Below are positions 7,051-10,070 of a stretch of DNA of 10,070 bases, in pieces. This DNA comes from Candidatus Krumholzibacteriia bacterium (GTDB lineage Bacteria > Krumholzibacteriota > Krumholzibacteriia > WVZY01). Under the pieces are notes generated by a model. It did no database searches. It saw only the letters and a program-made list of their open reading frames with translations, and was not told the origin of the DNA. The stretch covers positions 1 to 10,070 of the forward strand of contig JAZGDW010000226.1 in the NCBI GenBank assembly GCA_036478295.1. Reading direction: 5' to 3'. The stretch's first letter is position 1. Every line of letters begins with the position of its first letter. The position numbers and the translations under genes are program-made.

Positions 7051-9016
7051 CGACGGCCTGGGCCAGCGTTGGCGCCTATATGTTACCCGATGCGCTCGCC
7101 TGCTGGCAATGCTGGTTTTGGCTCTGCCGCTGGGGACGGAAGTGCGTGCGCAGGCGGGCGCCCTGCGCGACGAACCCCGTCAGCCCTTCGTAAACAAGAT
7201 TGTCATCCTCGGAAACCAATTTTTCTCCGACGATGACCTGAAGAAGCAGATGAACACGGACGAATCGTCGTTCTTTTCCGTCTTCAGAAAGCCAAGACTT
7301 CGCCTGGATTTCTTGCGGCGTGACATAGCAGTGCTCGAAGCGTTTTATCACGCTAACGGGTTTCTGGAAGCGACGGTGAGGGTAAAAGAAATAAGGCAAC
7401 TAGAGAATGAGGCGTTCGTCGATATCATTATCGAAGTTGAAGAGAGAGAAGCGACCCGCGTGGAGGCGATCGAGTTCGGTTCGGTGGGACCGATCAAAGA
7501 AGACGAGCTGCGCGAGGACCTGGTCCTCAAACCCGGGGATCCCTACAATCCCTCGCTGCGCAGCGCCGACGTGTATTCGATCAAGCGCAACTACTTCGAG
7601 GAGGGATACCTTGGGGTTGCGGTGCGGGACACGGCGACCGTGAACGGCCGCCTAGTGCGCATTCGTTATGACATCGTGGCCGGGCCGGTGATTCATATCC
7701 GGAACATCGAGATAAGGGGCAATCGCGACAGCAAGCGCTCGATCGTCGAGAAGGAACTCGCGTTCGAGAGCGGCGACCCGTTTCGCCTGGGAAAGGTGAT
7801 CGAGACTCAGAGAAACCTCTTCGAGACAGGACTGTTTACGGAGGCGGAAATCATTCCGGAGAACCTGAACATGAGTGAGCGGACGGTTGACATCGTTGTA
7901 AGGGTCAGCGAGCGAAAGTCGGCGTATGTGGAGGCAGGTTTCGGCGTCGGAAATATTCTGGGCAGCCGTGTCCTCGGCGAATGGGGAGACCGCAACCTGT
8001 TCGGTACCGGGCGATCGCTACGGTTCAAAACCGAGTACTCGTTCGGGATCTTCGAGGACGAGACGTTGAACTTCGACAATCTCGATTTCAGGGTCAAGTT
8101 CTACCGGTACGACGCGCAGTTCGATCAGCGCCGCCTCTTCGGGACGAAGTTACTGTTGGGTGTTAATGCGTTCTTCGAGAAGGACGCGACGGTCGATGAC
8201 ATTGTTATCCGCACGCGCGGCGCATCCGTCGGCGGCAGCCGGCGTCTGAACCCGAGGACCGATGTGTTGCTGCAGTTCTTACTGGAGCGAATCAAGCGCC
8301 AGGCTCCGGATACGGGCTTCGAGGATTCGAGGTCGAACCTGGTTTCATCGGCCGTTCGGTACGACACGCGCGATTTTATCCTCGATCCGAGGACCGGGAT
8401 CTACCGGGACGTCAACTTGAGCATCGCTGGAGGGATTCTCGGGGCTGATAACGATTTCTATAGTATCAGCACATCGGTACAGAAGTACTACCGTCTGGCG
8501 CGCCGTATCATCGTGGCCCTCAGAGCCCGCGTCGGGTTCGCCGACGCCTTCGGTGATTCTTCGGACGAGGGTCCGCCGATCGAGGCCCGGTTCTTCACCG
8601 GCGGCAGTAACTCGGTGCGGGGCTACGACGAGAACAGCCTGGGGCCCGCGACGCTCACCGTGGACCCCTCGACCGGGGCGACCGAGGAGACGGTGCTGGG
8701 CGGACGGGCGCTGCTGCTCACGAACGCCGAATTGCGGTTTCCGCTGCCCCTGCTTGCACGATTCCGGTTCTCCGGGGCGGCCTTTGTGGATGCCGGCAAC
8801 GTCTGGCGCAGTCTGGATGCGATCGATATCAAGCATTTCCGGCCCTTCGCGGACCGGGACGATGTGGTGCAAGAGGATTACCGGTATAGCGTTGGAGTAG
8901 GCATACGATACAATACGCCGGTGGGACCCATCCGGCTGGATTACGGGTTGCCCCTAAAGCGCGAGCCTGGCCTGGATAATGCTCGCTTTCACGTCAGCCT
9001 CGGACAGATCTTCTAG
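7040..9016 (+). CDS. Omp85 (BamA/TamA family) outer-membrane insertase with 3 POTRA domains, TamA-like by context
   Basis: Signal-peptide-like N-terminus (RLLAMLVLALPLGTEVRA|QA), three POTRA-like repeats (about 7187-7450, 7451-7687, 7688-7920), then a beta-barrel with RFFTGGSNSVRGY (VRGY at 8615-8626), GVGIRYNTPVGPIRLDYG and C-terminal FHVSLGQIF. Start uncertain: ATG 7040 (658 aa) preferred over ATG 7019, which overlaps the start of the divergent gene. Confidence 0.92.
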   Translation: MRRDDGLGQRWRLYVTRCARLLAMLVLALPLGTEVRAQAGALRDEPRQPFVNKIVILGNQFFSDDDLKKQMNTDESSFFSVFRKPRLRLDFLRRDIAVLEAFYHANGFLEATVRVKEIRQLENEAFVDIIIEVEEREATRVEAIEFGSVGPIKEDELREDLVLKPGDPYNPSLRSADVYSIKRNYFEEGYLGVAVRDTATVNGRLVRIRYDIVAGPVIHIRNIEIRGNRDSKRSIVEKELAFESGDPFRLGKVIETQRNLFETGLFTEAEIIPENLNMSERTVDIVVRVSERKSAYVEAGFGVGNILGSRVLGEWGDRNLFGTGRSLRFKTEYSFGIFEDETLNFDNLDFRVKFYRYDAQFDQRRLFGTKLLLGVNAFFEKDATVDDIVIRTRGASVGGSRRLNPRTDVLLQFLLERIKRQAPDTGFEDSRSNLVSSAVRYDTRDFILDPRTGIYRDVNLSIAGGILGADNDFYSISTSVQKYYRLARRIIVALRARVGFADAFGDSSDEGPPIEARFFTGGSNSVRGYDENSLGPATLTVDPSTGATEETVLGGRALLLTNAELRFPLPLLARFRFSGAAFVDAGNVWRSLDAIDIKHFRPFADRDDVVQEDYRYSVGVGIRYNTPVGPIRLDYGLPLKREPGLDNARFHVSLGQIF

Positions 9017-9018
9017 GT

Positions 9019-9022
9019 AGGA
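9019..9022 (+). promoter_or_regulatory. Shine-Dalgarno site for the TamB-like gene
   Basis: AGGA at 9019-9022, 5 nt before ATG 9028. Confidence 0.55.
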
Positions 9023-9027
9023 TTGAA

Positions 9028-10070
9028 ATGGCTGGTAAGAGACGCGTCATAAGACTGCACAGGGTACTTTCCCTCGTCGTCGCCATCGTGGTAACCGGCG
9101 TCATCGCCGTCGGCGTGTTCCAGAAGAGCGGGCTCCTGTCGTATCGATTGAGCAAGTACGTCAACGATCACTACCTGCGCGGCACGCCCTTCCGGTTTTC
9201 CTGCGGCAAGATAACGGGTGACCTGGTGGGACGCGTGTCCCTCTCCAGGCCAGTGCTCCGCTATCAAGGCAAGGGGCGGCCGTTCGAAGTGTTCCGCGCG
9301 AAGCGCATCACCATTGACTACAACCTCATTCAGGTACTGAAGCTCAAGATGATCATCAGCAACCTCGAGCTGGAAAGCCCCCGCCTTAACCTGCTGGAAG
9401 ACGCCGAGGGAAACCCCATGATTCCTCGCCCGGTGCTCACGGCCGAACCTTCGTCCGAAGGTGTGACGCCCCACATCGAGATAGACCATTTCTCCATCAA
9501 TAACATGAAGCTCCGGCTCGAGCGCGAGCAGATGACTCATACCATCGACAGGCTCAGTATAGAGGGCTCGTTGCGACTCGCCGAAGGCCGGGGGGAAATA
9601 AACATCGACAGCGGCACCGCACGCGTTGGTGAGAGTGAGGTACCCGTCAACTCCTTGAAACTGAAAGGAACGTACGGAGAGAACGGAATATCGTTCAATG
9701 ATTTCGAAGTACGGCTGGACAGGACAGTGGCCGTGTTGAGCGGCCGGTACGATGCGGGACGCTTTTATCACGTTCAGGGCGTTTTCAACCCTCTGGACCT
9801 CTCCGAGTTGTCCGACCTCGGTGTGATTCATGGAGAGAAGGGCGAGGTAGGCGGCAATGTGGTTGTGGAGGGCACGCCCGATTCACTCTCACTCCGGGGC
9901 AGCCTGGCGGGAAAAGGCCTGGGCCTCGTGTTCAGCGGAATGACGTTCGAGGGTCTTCTCTCACCGGAGGAAGTGCACCTGTCAGAGCTCCAGGGCACGT
10001 TTTTCGGCAGCCGGCTCAACGGCGAATTCCGCTACCGGCGGGAAGACGGCAGCTATTCGTTCAGCGGGGT
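9028..10070 (+). CDS. AsmA-like / TamB-family protein, N-terminal part (3'-truncated by the window edge)
   Basis: Not in the ORF track because it has no stop in the window. Manual translation of frame +1 from ATG 9028 gives 347 stop-free codons: MAGKRRVIRLHR-VLSLVVAIVVTGVIAVGVF (signal anchor)-QKSGLLSYRLSKYVND...FSCGKITGDLVGRVSLSRPVL...FRAKRITIDYNLIQVLKLKMIISNLELESPRLNLLEDAEGN..., followed by Gly-punctuated alternating beta strands. Starts 11 nt after an Omp85 gene. Confidence 0.85.
   Translation, partial: MAGKRRVIRLHRVLSLVVAIVVTGVIAVGVFQKSGLLSYRLSKYVNDHYLRGTPFRFSCGKITGDLVGRVSLSRPVLRYQGKGRPFEVFRAKRITIDYNLIQVLKLKMIISNLELESPRLNLLEDAEGNPMIPRPVLTAEPSSEGVTPHIEIDHFSINNMKLRLEREQMTHTIDRLSIEGSLRLAEGRGEINIDSGTARVGESEVPVNSLKLKGTYGENGISFNDFEVRLDRTVAVLSGRYDAGRFYHVQGVFNPLDLSELSDLGVIHGEKGEVGGNVVVEGTPDSLSLRGSLAGKGLGLVFSGMTFEGLLSPEEVHLSELQGTFFGSRLNGEFRYRREDGSYSFSG

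Noticed and set aside
2429..9016. Frequent TAG stops (frr, cdsA, dxr, small minus gene, Omp85), raising possible amber recoding
   Set aside because: The TAGs fall at the expected family C-termini (RRF ...KEIMEI, Omp85 ...GQIF) and no conserved gene has an internal TAG. The standard code fits.
9013..10019. Minus-strand ORFs 9013-9831 (272 aa) and 9828-10019
   Set aside because: They are antisense to the TamB-like gene, which has an SD, a TM anchor and a coherent family pattern. The antisense products have no motifs.

Overview
A GC-rich (roughly 55-60%) bacterial chromosomal window from a diderm organism. Positions 1-6658 hold the conserved + strand cluster rpsB (5'-truncated)-tsf (short form, 197 aa)-pyrH-frr-uppS-cdsA-dxr-rseP. 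Many Gram-negatives continue this cluster with 5-POTRA bamA-skp-lpxD. Here a small minus-strand gene (6655-7020, 121 aa, probable lipoprotein) follows instead, and its stop codon overlaps that of rseP. It is divergent, across a very short AT-rich junction, from an Omp85 gene with only 3 POTRA domains (TamA-like). That gene is followed by a membrane-anchored AsmA/TamB-like gene (9028 to the window end) that the ORF track missed. I saw no RNA genes, mobile elements, CRISPR arrays or convincing terminators. This is mostly housekeeping DNA. The best candidate for something under-described is the lipoprotein / 3-POTRA Omp85 / TamB-like module at the usual bamA position.
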